The notes: generated by a model from the sequence alone, not told the origin. Positions 23,622 through 37,050 are shown, counted from the stretch's first letter. The stretch is DNA of 64,000 nucleotides from Sphagnum compactum (GCA_965153455.1 OZ234493.1:26092213-26156212); one strand, 5' to 3'. Translations and numbers: made by a program.

Positions 23622-26600
23622 TTACTCTGAGTGCATTGATGAAAGGGAGATGGCAGATATTGAGGCAGTAGGGCTGCCTGTGTTGTACACAGCTGTCCCA
23701 CCCTGGGACCAGCCTTCCAATAGTCTGTGGAGATCCTCCTGAGCAGTTGTCAAAAACCAATCATCATCTGGCAGTGTGCTGCAGAACACAGTACACCACT
23801 CTGTCTCAGATCCCTTCACTTCACATAGGTATACATTTCTGGGCTTAAGCCTCAATTGAAGCGTCACTGTGCCAAACATTAAGAATTCAGGCTTTGATTC
23901 ACAAATGAAGAAAATGTGGCCAATGGTGCTGAAGCTTTATGGTTGAGTTAGAGAAACCTGGAAGGATCAGCTCCAGTGGCAGCAAAAGCACTGCAAGCAC
24001 GTTCTATGACACATCCAATTAACTGATGTGTAATCCTTGACAGGAATTTTCCGTATAAAGAAACCTGTTTCAAGAAGTGCATGTCCAACACAAACTGCAC
24101 CACCATATTGGTGATGCATTCGTATGGTTCTGGTTTAGCAGTTAAAATGCGAAATTGCAAGGAACTAAGGTACAAACAACAAAGACTAACATTTTGCAAA
24201 ATTCAGGTGTTGGAGCTCTTGGCAAAAAGGAATGCTGGAGGCCTACTTGTTGGAGGCCAATCGCACCAAGGCTTCTTGGACCCTGTTCAATGGCCTCCCA
24301 GAACTCTTGGTCATCTGACAGCCAAATGACAAAGGCCTCTGTGAGCCGCATCAGAAACAGCTGTGCCACTCTGTCCCTACCAACAAGCATCTCCATTGCT
24401 GTCTGTTGCATGGAGGTCAGCTTCATGAACAATGACTGCAATGGCAAATCTTGTATTAGGGACACACGCCTTTGCAGACTACTAAAACAAAAAAAGAGAT
24501 GACATCTGGCATAAGGTAAGGAGAAAAACCAGAAGGTGCCTAATAGAGTAACCAGACCTGAAACATTGGAGAAGGCATGGGATCTTCATGCCAGGTGGGA
24601 GAATCATTGTCAAGATTGAGGTATGTTGTGGGGCTCAGCTTACTGTCACCTTCAGCATCATCAGCAAAGAAAAAATGGAGAACCAGTTGTCTGCAGAGGT
24701 GATCTTTAAGTCTATCAACAGCCCTCTGCAATTGCCGTTTCCAATCCTTGAGCTCTGGTGTGAGACCTGTTGTTGTCAGTGACTGGCCTTGCTTGAGCCC
24801 ATGGTGACCAAGTGCTTGCATATCTCCTGCAACTGCTTGGAGGCCACTTGGCACCAGTTTTGAGGCCGCACGAGGCAAGAGCTCGTCAGCTAATGCTGCA
24901 GCATTCCCAATAAGTGCCAGCTGCTGTGCCTCTGTTACAGCAAGTCGAACCTACACCAAATCAGAACATACCATTAATTTTGCCACTCCACTTGTGGTCT
25001 GGCCTGTCAATAGAAATAAAAAAGGCCACAAAAAAATCCAGTTTTATTATTGGTCTTTCAACCTACATAATAACTTCTCCCACAACAAACACAAATAATC
25101 TGAGTTGAACCAGATGGTCCAGCTTTACCCCTCAAGCTTTCCTTGCTGACTATTCCTCTGAGTCCATCAGCTGTCATTGTACACTGATATACCAGAGTCA
25201 CATAGAGATATCTTCATAAGTATCAAGACCTTCTCCAAGCATCTGATTTGAGTAAACCTACATAGAATTAAGAGATGATTTAATAACCAGTTTATAGATA
25301 TCTCAGATACAATATCACATTGGTGAACAGGAAAAAGAAGCGGAAAAAAGTAAAAGAGAGATGCCATCCTAGAAAACCAAAAAAAAATGAGAATTGGTTT
25401 GAACTGTGATGGTCACATGAATGTTCAGTGACCTTCAACAACATGTATGGTAGCAGTGACCAGCTTTCACAACATCCCCACTGACTTCATCAGCTCCTAG
25501 AAGTGGGTGGAGGTCAATGTGGTATGTTAACATATATCCAAAGATGCTGTCACAAGACTGGAAGTAACAAAGAAACTCAGCCACAATGCTGGCTAGCTCA
25601 AAATAACATAAAAGAGAGGGAGATGGCAAAAGAGATTAGGAAGAAAAAGGAACATCAAACAAGGAGAAAAAAAACAGGGAAAGAGGAAAAGGAGAAAGAA
25701 TGTAGAGAACTTTGACAGCAGGATCTTTTGAGAAAGATGCGGGCTTTGAAAGCTCCCTAGTCAGGAATAAGAAGCTCTTGAAATCATCACTTCGAAGATT
25801 CCAAAGGCAGAAACACCAGAAAGAAATCTTTCTTTGTAACACAAAAAAAATTCTTATTCTGCTATTAGAAAGTTTGAAGAGTAACTTTTTCTCTTCAGAA
25901 GACTAATTAAGCTTGCCATTTGAGTACAAAACCATGAAAACATATAAAACCATCTATGAAATTCTCCAAATTGGCATATTGGAATCTACTGAGGCATCCC
26001 AATTATGGAATTCCAGCATATTCTGGCTGAGAACACCTTGTCAAGGATGTCAATGTGTAAAACTTTTTTCATTTTGGGATAATGCCAAATCCAAGTTATT
26101 GCAAGAAAAGTCATCAGAAGTAGAATTAAGCTCACAGAATGCTTTAGGGTACATGCCATTGCCAATAGAGAGTCTCTGTGTTGATACATGTAGAATTCCA
26201 GTCATTACCAAGCAGCCATTTCAAAAACATGCAAATGCAAAAGACATTAACAACATCATATGTTTTGCTGGTTGTCTCAATTTGTCTTTCTACCTTCCTC
26301 CTAGCTGAGTTCTCTGTGCCAGGCTCCTCATCCTCATCAAGGTTGGGTACCGCCTTTATGAGTAGACTCACATATTGGTCAAAAAGTGTGGATAGCCCAT
26401 CCAAAGTCATGCCTCCTAGCTGCATGCTAATAAGGGATCCCACATCCTCCAAGAAATCCTGGAACATGCAAAACCCAACAAGGACTTGATGTAAATAGGT
26501 GAAGAATACAAGAATGGTAAGTTGAGGTGAAGCTATGCAAATGGAAGCTGAAGAAGAGTCACATACACACCTGTACCAAAAAGTTGAAACGGTGCGCACT

Positions 26601-29600
26601 GCTAGACAGTCTCAGATTGGATGTCACTATGCTCATCCCGAGTCTAGATTGCATTCCAGTGCCATGCTGCAGTGACGTAGGGTTATCCAACACCCAATCA
26701 TCAGCAGCTGCCAATGCAGCTACACTTCCTTCAATCTTTGTCAAGTTTGCCTGCAATGCTTGCTCCACACTAGGCCTCATGAGCTTAGAGAGGGTTGGGC
26801 ATAGTGAAAGACCTTGCTTTTCCAGCAATACACAATGAGCAAATGCAACTCTCACACATTCAGCTGCTGCTCTCAAGCCCCCAGCCACTGCAGCTGAGGA
26901 AAGCACATGACGATTCAATAGTGCAGAATAATGCTGTGTGATGCTGTGTGCCCAAAGAACAAGTTCTGATGCATATGCAGTCTCCTCACCAAACACTACC
27001 ACTGAGTCTCTTGAAGCCTGCAAGAAATTGAAGTCTCACACCAAGTTTATACTATTCTTCAAGATGGCAGTAGACACCAAAAATCACCCAAGATTAAGAT
27101 TTCACACAATCAACAATGAGTCATCCATCAACCATACATGCTACATCCCTGTTTGCATCACTAGACTTCAAATTCTGTGCCCCTGACAAACAACATTATC
27201 TTACCTGGGCAATTGTTGAGAAGACCAACTGTGAGAGTGCAGCTGTGTACACTCCCCCATTTGAGAATTCACTGGGCCGGAGCTCCTTTGTGCTCCTTTG
27301 GAGGCGGTCATAGTGAGAATGCAACAAGAGTGTGTGAGCACGCAACCCATCACCAAGCCTGTCTAGAGCAGCTATGGCAGATCGGAGCTCTGATCCTCTG
27401 AGTGTAGGATGCTGAACTGCTTCGGCCAGGTCCTCCACAAGTCTGGCTCTCCGTTCTGACAATGCTTCTTGGAGCTCTGAAATTGCAACCTGGGTTAATC
27501 CTGCATCCGTGTCACTTCTGTTATGTCCTTCAGCCACTAACTGCTCTCCTTCCTCCAAGACAGCAAGCATTTCTTCCACTTTCCTCTCAGCCAGTAGAAC
27601 ATCAAGGATATCTGGGATCTTCTCTGCACGAATCTCTAGATCTGTGGGCTTTTGGCCATCTTTTGAATAGTAATCTGTGTCTAAAGAGGCACCTGCTGGC
27701 CCAGAGGATATGGAGGCTCCACTCTCTGCCAGTATGTGGATTAGAGTGGCTTGGGATGAAAGCAGGTTGCGCATGGTTTGAATTTCTCCTTCCAACTCTG
27801 AGATTTGCTGTGACGTGCTGCTCTCACAAAACAGCCATGGATAAAATGAAGTTCTTACCAACTGGAAACCCTTGACATTGTAAACCAAGGAGCCCTCATA
27901 TCTTCAGCTGTCAGTAATGGTTGCATCTGCTATGCGCAGGTACCCTCAGTCACCATTTCTGTATGCATGTATGAGATTGTAAAGGATACACCACAAAAAT
28001 TCTTTGAATGCAACTGTTTTGTAAATTCCAGCAGAACCAAATTCAACATGACCAGAATGAGTGCTGTCACAACCATATGAGTGCCAATCACAAACTATCA
28101 CACCATCACCTTTACTATGAATAGCAGTGACTAGCTGCTATGACTTCTCACTGACTTCATTAGTTACTGGACTTGGCTGTAGAAAAGCCGTGTAATAAAA
28201 AAATCAGCACTTGTGAGATTGCAGTGACACACAACAATTGAACTTATATAGTAACAATGCAGTGGTGGCGTAAGAGACTTAAGAGACTGGCACTGTGAGC
28301 CCAAACTCAGCATTGATCATAGTTACATACTGCTATTTCCTGTTGGTCAAATCAGTCCAGTTTTGTTGTAGGTTCTGTATTCTCTCTTCTTAAGTGATGA
28401 TGGGTTTCCTCTATTTTCATGTTTGCTGATTGGCTGATGTTATGTTCTCAGATCTAGAATGTCTATAACCTAGTCATTGGGTCATCTCTCAATTCACTGA
28501 AATCCTGAAGTAAGGAGAGAAACCCTCAATACTTATGAAGATCTACAAGTTTTTGTCTGCGTGAATAATTCAGCAGGTGTTTTCTTTTTCTTCGAAACAT
28601 AAAATTAGATACAAAAGAAAACTGTTGCTATAGCATGCAAGAAGAAAAAAAGGAATAAAAGAAAAAGAAGAAGCATATCTTGAAACAAAACTATTGAGCT
28701 CTAAATACAAAATCAAAAACCTTAATTCTCATGCACAGCTACTTACGATATGCAATGTTGTCACTAGTGTAGTGAGCTGCTTAGATTTTCTCAGAGCTGC
28801 TTAGATTCATTGTATGCAACTACAGCTTATCAACTAAAGGTTGTGCACATTGTCCAAGTTGCCATGATGATGATGTGAAAATCCTAGCTTGAGAGTGAAA
28901 GGGATTGATGGATAGTAGCAGAATAAGAAAGAAAGAGGAAGCATCAAACCTAATGAAAGCATCGTAGTTTGCATATATGGCTTTCCGCATCTCCTCAGCA
29001 GATGCTTTCTTCAAGTCTGTGAGCTCGTCACAAAGCTTCCGAATCCCCTGCATATTGCAGCAGAAGATCAATGCTTTTAGCATTTAGGGTTTGCTGGCAT
29101 TCAAGCACAAGTTGGTTCAGACTCTCGTTTTCGTTGGCGTTCAAATCAAAGATAAGATCGATGAAGTTGCAGAGAAATCTCCACAACAACAATTAAAGGT
29201 AACACGACAATGAGTGCAGTCATAACCTCATGAGAGTCGCTCACAAAGTGACAGACCATCACCTTCATCACGAACGGCAGTGACGAGCTGCCATGGCGTT
29301 TAAATCAAAGCCGTGAATGCTGGTACCTAAGGCTCTTCGTTGCAAAGGATTGATCAGACCTACGACACACAAAAAAGAAAGTACTAATTAGAGTTTCCAG
29401 AAAGGGAAAGGAAAGGATGTATGGAACCTTCTCAGTCATGGACTGGAACTTCGCATCCACAAATCCTTTGGCATCGAAATTCGCGGTCTCGAAAGCAATT
29501 ATCTCTTCGTTTGAATCCTCATAGCCATTCCTCCCATTCATGTGCGCTACAGCTACTTCTGGAGATTCAACGCTCCATGTTGAACGCACCGATGACTTCA

Positions 29601-29616
29601 CTGCGGACACAGACAT
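23622..29616 (-). CDS. EXO84: Exocyst complex component EXO84 (multi-exon)
   Basis: FDAKGFVDAKFQSMTEK / GIRKLCDELTDLKKASAEEMRKAIYANYDAFIR / DILDVLLAERKV..GGVYTAALSQLVFS / AGGLRAAAECV / LLMRLTE-like..FWEAIE..GLQQ / FVLDMHF / LPDDDWF. Confidence 0.93.
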
Positions 29617-29934
29617 CCTGCAAGAAAAAAACACAAACTTCCTCTATCTCTCTATCGATAGCTCTGCGTGCGTGTCTGTCTGCGTTTGTATCTCTCTCTC
29701 TCTCTTACTGTTCGGGGTGTGTGTGTATGTCTATCTCTCTCTCTCTCTCTTTCGATCTGCAAACCTACTTCTCCCAGCTTCAATTCACACCGATCCATCA
29801 AAAATCCCTGCCATTCTTCAAATCGCCGAGCTCCTCACTCCCCTCCCTTCCATCTCTGCAAATCCTTCCGAGCACGACGCAACGCTCTTCAGCTCCGAGT
29901 CAAGAACCTCCTTCCTCCACAGAAACAAACGTCG

Positions 29935-30090
29935 AGAACCAAAACCCTAATTCTGATCAGGTCGATTATAATAGAGAACCAAAACCCTAATGCTGATCAG
30001 GTCGATTATAAGCGAGAACCAAAACCCTAATGTTGATCAGGTCGATTATAAATAGAACGAAAACCCTAATGTTGATCCGGTCGATTCTAG
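29935..30090. repeat. ~40 bp tandem repeat x4, each with a telobox AAACCCTAA, in the EXO84 promoter/5' region
   Basis: AGAACCAAAACCCTAATnnTGATCAGGTCGATTATAA units at ~29,935, 29,975, 30,015, 30,054. Confidence 0.88.
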
Positions 30091-30221
30091 CTTATAATCG
30101 ACTATAATTTTGCTCCGTATAAGCAGGCCCTATTGCCATAATAACTAAACATTCCAGTGAATTTTCCGGTTATTCAGGAAACACCCGGTTACCTTGGCGA
30201 GCGTCAGTCTGAAATGCCTGG

Positions 30222-30561
30222 GGGATGAAGAAAATCCAGCATATGCCGTTTTGGCTCAGGAAAATGGTTTTGGCTCTGTATAATTGTGCATGTTGCTGTG
30301 GCTGGTAAATGGTATGGTGCAATAGCTCTGTGCACCTGCAGAAAAGAGTGTAACAAATATGATCTAACTGTTGCTCAGTGTTTCTGATTGGCCCATCATA
30401 ATGATTGGTCCAGATGGTTTGCTACTAGTAGTCAGTCCCCCACTGATCTGCTGTCCGAGTTTCAGTTTTACGGGTGGTGTTGCAAAAGAGTAGATAACTA
30501 AACTTGGATGTGAAAAATATTTTCAAAGGGTTATAACTGAGCACCGCTGGAGATGCTCTAA
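30222..30561 (-). mobile_element. PIF/Harbinger (Tourist-like) MITE, one end missing
   Basis: Ends ACTGAGCACCGCTGGAGATGCTC-TAA; internal sequence is the reverse complement of 30,761-31,080. Confidence 0.75.
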
Positions 30562-30760
30562 ATGTTCATCATTGACCTTTATCTGAACTGATAATTTTGC
30601 AAAGCCTTTCTACCCTTGCACAGTTTGGAAATTCTCAAAGCTTCTTTACATTTAGCCAGCTGATTTGTTTTTTGAAATTTTGAACTTTACCCTTTTTTCA
30701 TGTCCCAAAGCTTAAAGTAGGCTTAGCCTGAACAACATATTGATATTATTGTGTAGTGTT

Positions 30761-31120
30761 TTAGCATCTCCAGCTGCGCTCAGTTGCAAAAATATTTTTC
30801 ACATCCAAGTTTAGGTATTTACTTTTTTGCAATCCCACCCAAAAAACTGAAGCTGGGACAGCAAATAGATGGAAGGACTACTAATAGCGAACCACTCCTG
30901 GACCAATTATTACGATGGGTGAATCAGAAAACACTCAGTAGTAGTCAGATCATATTTATTACACTCTTCTCTCCGTGCACCTTGTACCAGCCACCGCACA
31001 GTGTGCAATTATGCTGAGCCAAAACCCGTTTACTGAGCCAAACCGGCATATATTTTGACTTTGCTTCATCCAATTTTATCCTACAGGATCACATACTGAG
31101 CACCATTGGAGATGCTCTAA
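30761..31120 (+). mobile_element. PIF/Harbinger (Tourist-like) MITE
   Basis: TTA-GCATCTCCAGCTGCGCTCAGT ... ACTGAGCACCATTGGAGATGCTC-TAA terminal inverted repeats with TTA/TAA flanks. Confidence 0.8.
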
Positions 31121-32167
31121 CAGCTTACATGAGCATATTTCTCAGCCCAAATCAATTTTACTATAATAGTTCATCCAAAATATACTACAAAGGCCATTTT
31201 TTTCACTGCTGCTGGTGGTATAGCAAGTTCAACCAAGTGTTTCTTTTTTATACGAAATTTTGGTTTCATAAAGTAAATTCAACCATTAAAGGCCAAATTT
31301 TGCCAATTTTTTTGTCAAAATTCAATTTCTTTGCCAAATTTTTGATGACACAAAATTCAAAAAAAAAAAAAAAAGAAGAAAAAAACCAAACCAAACCAAC
31401 AACCTCCAAAATAAGAAGTGTTGCATGAAGTTCCCAAGAGATAAATTCACAGTTCATAGAAACCCCTGGTGAACATCCTTCAAAATGTGGTGAAAACTAA
31501 GTTGTTCCAAAGTCTCTCCTTTTAAGGCAGATCCAACAGATGGGTGGGATCTTGAAAACCAGCTTTGCTTACATCTAAATGGTCAGAATTTATTCCACAT
31601 GATAAAATCTCATCTTTTTTGTTCAAGCCAAAAAACATCTAAAGTAGTAGCATCTTCTCAATGTAAATATGATTTGCTTCTCAACACAAGCAAAGATAAT
31701 CTCAATAAAAGTCAAAGTCTTGAAAGCTGTGTAAAAGTTTCATGTTACAAAGAATGGAAATTGGCTTTTAGCAAGTATCAAAAATGCTACTGCAAGACTT
31801 GAGCGTACTTGTACATCAGAAATTCCTCGTGTTGTAATTGTACTGATTGCATTCCTGGTTTAGTGTGCTACTTTTAGTCATGTTGTTCGGCAATTGCAAC
31901 CCAATCTGAATACAAACAATCTATTCTGTGCTTTTCAGGTTTGCATCTTTGCAAGTTTCATCCTAAGACTCTTACAAATGGGACCAAGATCCCTGCAATG
32001 CATCAGAACCAAATGCAGAAAAACAACACCGCAGAAGGCAGAGAATTGCACTGTGAGTCAGCTCGTATGCTTTGCCAAATTCATACCCAACCAGAAACAT
32101 CAGCTGTAGTTTTCCTACCTCACCATGTACAAGAATGCGGAGATGCATAATTTCCCACTTTTGGACA

Positions 32168-35100
32168 TTAATCATCCTCATCAGAGCCCACTTTTTGCTT
32201 CTTCCATTTATAAGCTGCTTCCAAAATCTTAAGGTTGGGAGCCATGCCTGACTCCTCCGGAAAGATGTAGTCTGTGTACTCCTCAAACCTGCACAGATCA
32301 TTCAGGGTGCAGTCCAACATCAAAAAGATTATCAGCAAGCTCTTCCTCTTTCTCATCCCTGTGGATGCTCAAGCAATGAACTGCAGTTATGTGAACAACA
32401 AAATAGTCAAGAGAGGAAGTTCATTAGATGAGAATGAAACTCCATACCCTGCAGGTGTCCCATCTTCTGCAGAGATGGGCCGCTTTCTCTTCACTCTCCG
32501 TGGCATCTTCCTTTGTACAGCTGCCACATCACCAAGGTCTGCAAAGCTGTGCTCTGTATCCCGCCATTCCTCAAGTAACATAGCTCTCTCCTCTTTCTGG
32601 TCAGGTGCTGTTGTTTGCAAGCTTTCAAAAGCTCTCTCAAAAATTGCTGGACCACCGTATGGACAAAATCAGTGTGCATTTTAGCCAACCATTTGACCTC
32701 TAATGTCCAGAAATTGTACTAGAAAACACACTAAATTGATCTCACTGCAGAAGACTCACCTCTGGATTTATTCACTCGTTCCTTCATTTCTGCCAGTAAC
32801 CTGTCAGGATCAGGCTCCCTGCCTTCTTCTTGTGCCCTAGATTCTTCCTCTGATGCCATTGTTGCCTCAAACTTGGCAAAGCTAACCCAGACTTTCAAGT
32901 GTTTTGTACGGTCCAACAGCCTCTCATACAGTTGCCTTGTCCGCTCATGCTCCCCTTCGGAAATCTCAAACTCAATGTATGCCTATACACATGGGAGAAT
33001 CCTCCATGTCAACAGAGAACATCTTAACCATTGTGGGAGGAAACAGCATACATAGTCTTGATAAGCAAAAAGGCATGCTCACCCATTTGATAAACATCAC
33101 AGACCCTTGATAAAAAAGAATGTAACCCTACCTTCCAAAGCAATTCAGGCATATCAAGAACAGGTTGTGCAATAGCAAGTTCAAAAATAGCCCGGCCCCT
33201 CTCAGTTTCTCCTAAAGACCTCTCCAGCTCTGCAAATTTGCTCCAGGCATAGCAGTTGGCTGGTGCCCACTCCAGATACTTTTCATACAATCTTCGACAT
33301 CGATCTATATTACCAAGCTGCAACTCTATCTCAATATATGTTTTGAAAATCTGCAAATCAAACCCCCACCACAATCAGGCTTAAGTTGACCTCACAATGT
33401 TACAGGGAGAAGAAATGTCAATTTCTTCTTGATCTCAGACCAATAGACTAGGCAGAGAATCAAGTGCTAAAACTCATCTGGCACCAACTTCTTGACATTG
33501 ATGAGGGTATCACATACTTTATCCTTTGGTGCCATGCCAATAGCAGATCCCAAGATTTGCCGCATAGATTTAAGGTCTTTCCGTCGTATCTCAAGCTGTG
33601 CTGCCATTAACCACATCTTGGCAAACGAGAACTTCCTATGTGGAATCAGTTTCAAACACTCTCTGCAACAGCACAAAAACCCCAGAATCAGTCATCTGAA
33701 ACACATGTAATGCAGCTTACAATCTGGAACTATGGATTGATGCAGACTTGTGGGTGAGAACCCCTAACTTGATGAAATACATGTGTTTCTTGACCTCCTC
33801 ATCTTCCCACATTTCTATGCTGCAATAAACTGACAAATCTTGCTGTGAAGCACAACAAGTGTTGTGCCTTTTGAACTTACGTAGATTAGAATTGCTTACC
33901 TGTAGACCTCCCTAGTCCTCTCCAGATCTTCAGCCTCCAACTCCTCATACAATGCATAATTGATCCTGATACGCCAGTATAACAGAAGTTCAACAGACCC
34001 AGATCAGATTGAGCAAGATAGAAGTGGAAAGAGATTGAAGCTTGCACACAAATCCACAAAGAAAAAAAGAACAGTCCAAGAGAGTTGTTCTTGTCATCAT
34101 AACTCACCAGAGATAGATGTATCGTTGCCAATACCGTTTCTCATCTGCAGGAGGCACATTTGCTATAGCTCGCTCATACACTTCGTGGATTCGTGCCTTA
34201 TCTCCAACACTCTCTTCCAGGTGACAATAATCAAACCAGATGTCATAATTCAATGGACTCTTCTTAATCTCTTCTTCATATTGGAATCGTCTCTTGCCCA
34301 CAATCACATCCTCAATACCCTCCCTGTCACCATACTGCTTCTCAAATTGCACAAACTTCCTATAAAGATCTTCCGCCTGTCCCTTTGGGATATGGTCCAA
34401 TGCATACTTGTAAATGCATCTTGCTCTTTCCACCTCCTTGAACTTCTCCTCGAATTCAGCAAAAGCAACAAACAGCTCTTGGGTTTGTCCATCCTCACCC
34501 AATTGCTCAATGGCGCGCTCGTAGCACTGTCTGGCTCTCCCAACTTCACCATTCTTCACTTCGAACTTGGCATATCGGACCCATGCTTTCACAGTGGGAT
34601 GACATTGCACATACCTGTCATAAATCGCTCTTGCTCTTTCAATTTCGTTGTACCGAAGCTCAAACTTGATGTATGCAGACCAGCCATGGTGATCAGGCTC
34701 CCATGTCATCCATCTCTCAAGTATCTGTCTTGCTCCTGCTACATTCCCAAGCATCTCTTCCATGTGAATGTACTTGTACCATAGCTGGTCAATGCGTGGC
34801 AGCAAAGAGACAGCCCTATCCCACACATTTCTTGCGCCATTGACGAACCGATGCTTCATCTCCATCTCTGCATACTTGAGCCACAGAGTAGTGTTGCGGT
34901 AATCCACCTCCAATGCTCTCTCCCATATGGACCTCGCCCTGGCGAAGTCTCGTTGGCTTTCTTCCCATTGAGCGTACTTCACCCACACACTCGTGTTCCA
35001 TCTCACTCTACGTATCAGGTCTTCGAACTCCTTGCGCTTCCTCAAACGATACTCCGCAAGCTCCTCGGCGTCTGTGATCTTCTGCTTCGGGGGTCGAATC

Positions 35101-35273
35101 TCAGCCTCCTGTCTCTCCCGCGCTTCTCTGAGGATCTGTTCCGCGGTGATTTGCACAGGAGCTGGAGTCTTGTTCTTCACCCGCGTGGGACGTGGCAACT
35201 TCACCTCCGTTTCCTTCCTTGTCAAGAACCCTAACGCAGGATCCGCTTCCTTCATCGCCATGCTTGCTTGCAT
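32168..35273 (-). CDS. CRN: Crooked-neck-like / CLF1 / SYF3 HAT-repeat splicing factor (multi-exon; exon 1 ~34,108-35,273)
   Basis: [37 protein letters not shown] repeats, [24 protein letters not shown]. Confidence 0.96.
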
Positions 35274-35992
35274 AAACCCTCTTCTTCTTCTTCTTCCTCC
35301 TCCTCCTCCTCCTCCTTCTCCCCTACTCAGCTAACAAAACACACCAAAACAAACAATCTCTCGATCTTAACTGTCTTCCCATCTCCTTCCCCACTTTTAG
35401 CCCACCCCTCCTTCCTTGCACGTCATGAACTCATCGTCCTCTTGCTGCGAGCGAGAAGATCTCGATACACTACCGCAAGCTTCTTCGTCAGAGTGCACTG
35501 CTCCTGCTGTTAGGGTTAGGGTTAGGGTTTGGTGCTCGTCGTCCTCGTCGAACGCTGGCGTCAGTCAGTTCGCAGCATGTTTTGCGCCAGTCGAGATAGA
35601 TCGTCGTTGGATGCTTGGGACCCACTTCGCAAGCGACAGGTGCAAAAGTGTTGTTCTATGTGAAGAAAACAGCTAGGCCGTTGGCGAAGAGATGATCTCT
35701 TCTTTGTCGACGATAATTTGAGGTTTTTCTTACGGTCGGTGATAAGAAGAAGAAGAAGAAGAAGAAGGAGAGGTGGGGGAAGTAGAGCGGAGCGTGCAGG
35801 CAAGCGGTTGTGGAGAAGAGCGAGCGGGAGGACGTAGGAAGAGTGGGGGCATCATCAACTGCGCTTCGGTTTGTTTCTCAGTTTTTCTTGCATCGTTTTA
35901 CGGTTAGCTGATGGAGTAGGGTTTCTGGATTTTGGAGTGTACGCGTTGTTGATTCTCTTGAGAAAGAAAGAAAGAAGGTGAAGCTTGCGGCA
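35274..35992. promoter_or_regulatory. Bidirectional promoter region between CRN and the FRG1-like gene
   Basis: Head-to-head starts ~720 bp apart; (TTAGGG)3 at ~35,510-35,527; (CTT)n/(GAA)n 5' UTR microsatellites on both sides. Confidence 0.6.
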
Positions 35993-36373
35993 ATGTCCTC
36001 ATCCTACGAGAAAGTGAGAGGTGGGAAGCTGAGTCTCAAAGGCGGGTCAGGTCTGGAAAAAACGATAGACAAGAAGAAGAAGAAGAAGAACCACAAGAAG
36101 ATGGCGCAGCTGGGGACTGAAGAAGAAGAAGCCACGGATCCTGTCGCAGAGGTGGAAGTAGTAGGAGAAGAATCAGGAAAGAAAAGTGGAAAACCGGTGT
36201 ATGACATCGACACAGGTACAGGCCACGCTCCGGATGGCAAGAAGAGCAAGAAATACGAGGAGCTTTTCCCAGTGGAGACCAAGAGATTTGGTTATGTGAT
36301 TCCGGAAGTGCTGTCAAGAGAAGCAGCTCTTGATGAACGAGTCAAGAAGAAGGCTGATAGGTACTGCAAGTAG
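35993..36373 (+). CDS. Small lysine-rich nuclear protein with FRG1-like N- and C-terminal motifs (single coding exon)
   Basis: YEKVRGGKLSLKG + poly-K NLS; ends LDERVKKKADRYCK, like FRG1 LLDRRAKLKADRYCK. Confidence 0.8.
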   Translation: MSSSYEKVRGGKLSLKGGSGLEKTIDKKKKKKNHKKMAQLGTEEEEATDPVAEVEVVGEESGKKSGKPVYDIDTGTGHAPDGKKSKKYEELFPVETKRFGYVIPEVLSREAALDERVKKKADRYCK

Positions 36374-36640
36374 AAAAAGGAAGCTGTAGTTTCTTGAGAA
36401 TGAAAGCTTTGTTTTGCAGCTCTTATGGTGCCCTGAACCCTGGGGAAGAAGAAGAAGAAGAAGAAAAACCAAAGCACGAAGAAAATCTGCCACAGCAGAT
36501 TGGTATGTCTGTCTTCTTACGGCCAGGTTGAAAATGGCTACTGATTGGAGAGGAAGCTCCTTCCTTTTCTCTGACATGTCTGTGAATGTTGTTAGATGTT
36601 TTGCACTGGTGCTGCTGCCACCATTATGGTTGCATGTACA

Positions 36641-37050
36641 CCATCATGTTTGAGATGGTTGGATTCTTCTATAGCTTCCTCTTGCAAGAAAGTGTCGATC
36701 AATCTGAAGGTGCTTGGAATCCTGTGGAAGAGGTTGAGATCAAAACTGGAACCATGGAAATCTGGTGCAGATCTGTAACACCACCATGTTTTGAGATGTT
36801 GAAATTCTTCTCTAGCTTTCCTCTTGCAAGAGAGTGTCAATCACTTGAAGGTGCCCAGAATCCTGTGGAAGAGCTCAAGAACAAAACTAGAACCATGAAA
36901 CTCTGGTGCAGATCAGTTCACCATCATGTTTGGGATGTTGAGAGTCTTCTGTAGCTTCCTATTTGAAGAGAGTCAATCACTAAAGGTACTCAGAATCCTG
37001 TGGAAGAGCTCAAGGGCAAACCAGAACATGAAACTCTGGTGCAGATCAGT
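36641..37050. repeat. 140 bp tandem repeat x3 downstream of the FRG1-like stop
   Basis: Units start CCA(T/C)CATGTTT at 36,641, 36,781, 36,921; share AATCCTGTGGAAGAG and CTGGTGCAGATC. Confidence 0.88.

Noticed and set aside
29421-30030. + strand ORFs of 189, 136 and 120 aa
   Set aside because: They are antisense to EXO84 exon 1 and its UTR, and run through (CT)n/(GT)n microsatellites and the 40 bp repeat.
33960-35334. Long + strand ORFs (274, 127, 113 aa)
   Set aside because: Antisense shadows of the CRN coding exon with no recognisable motifs.
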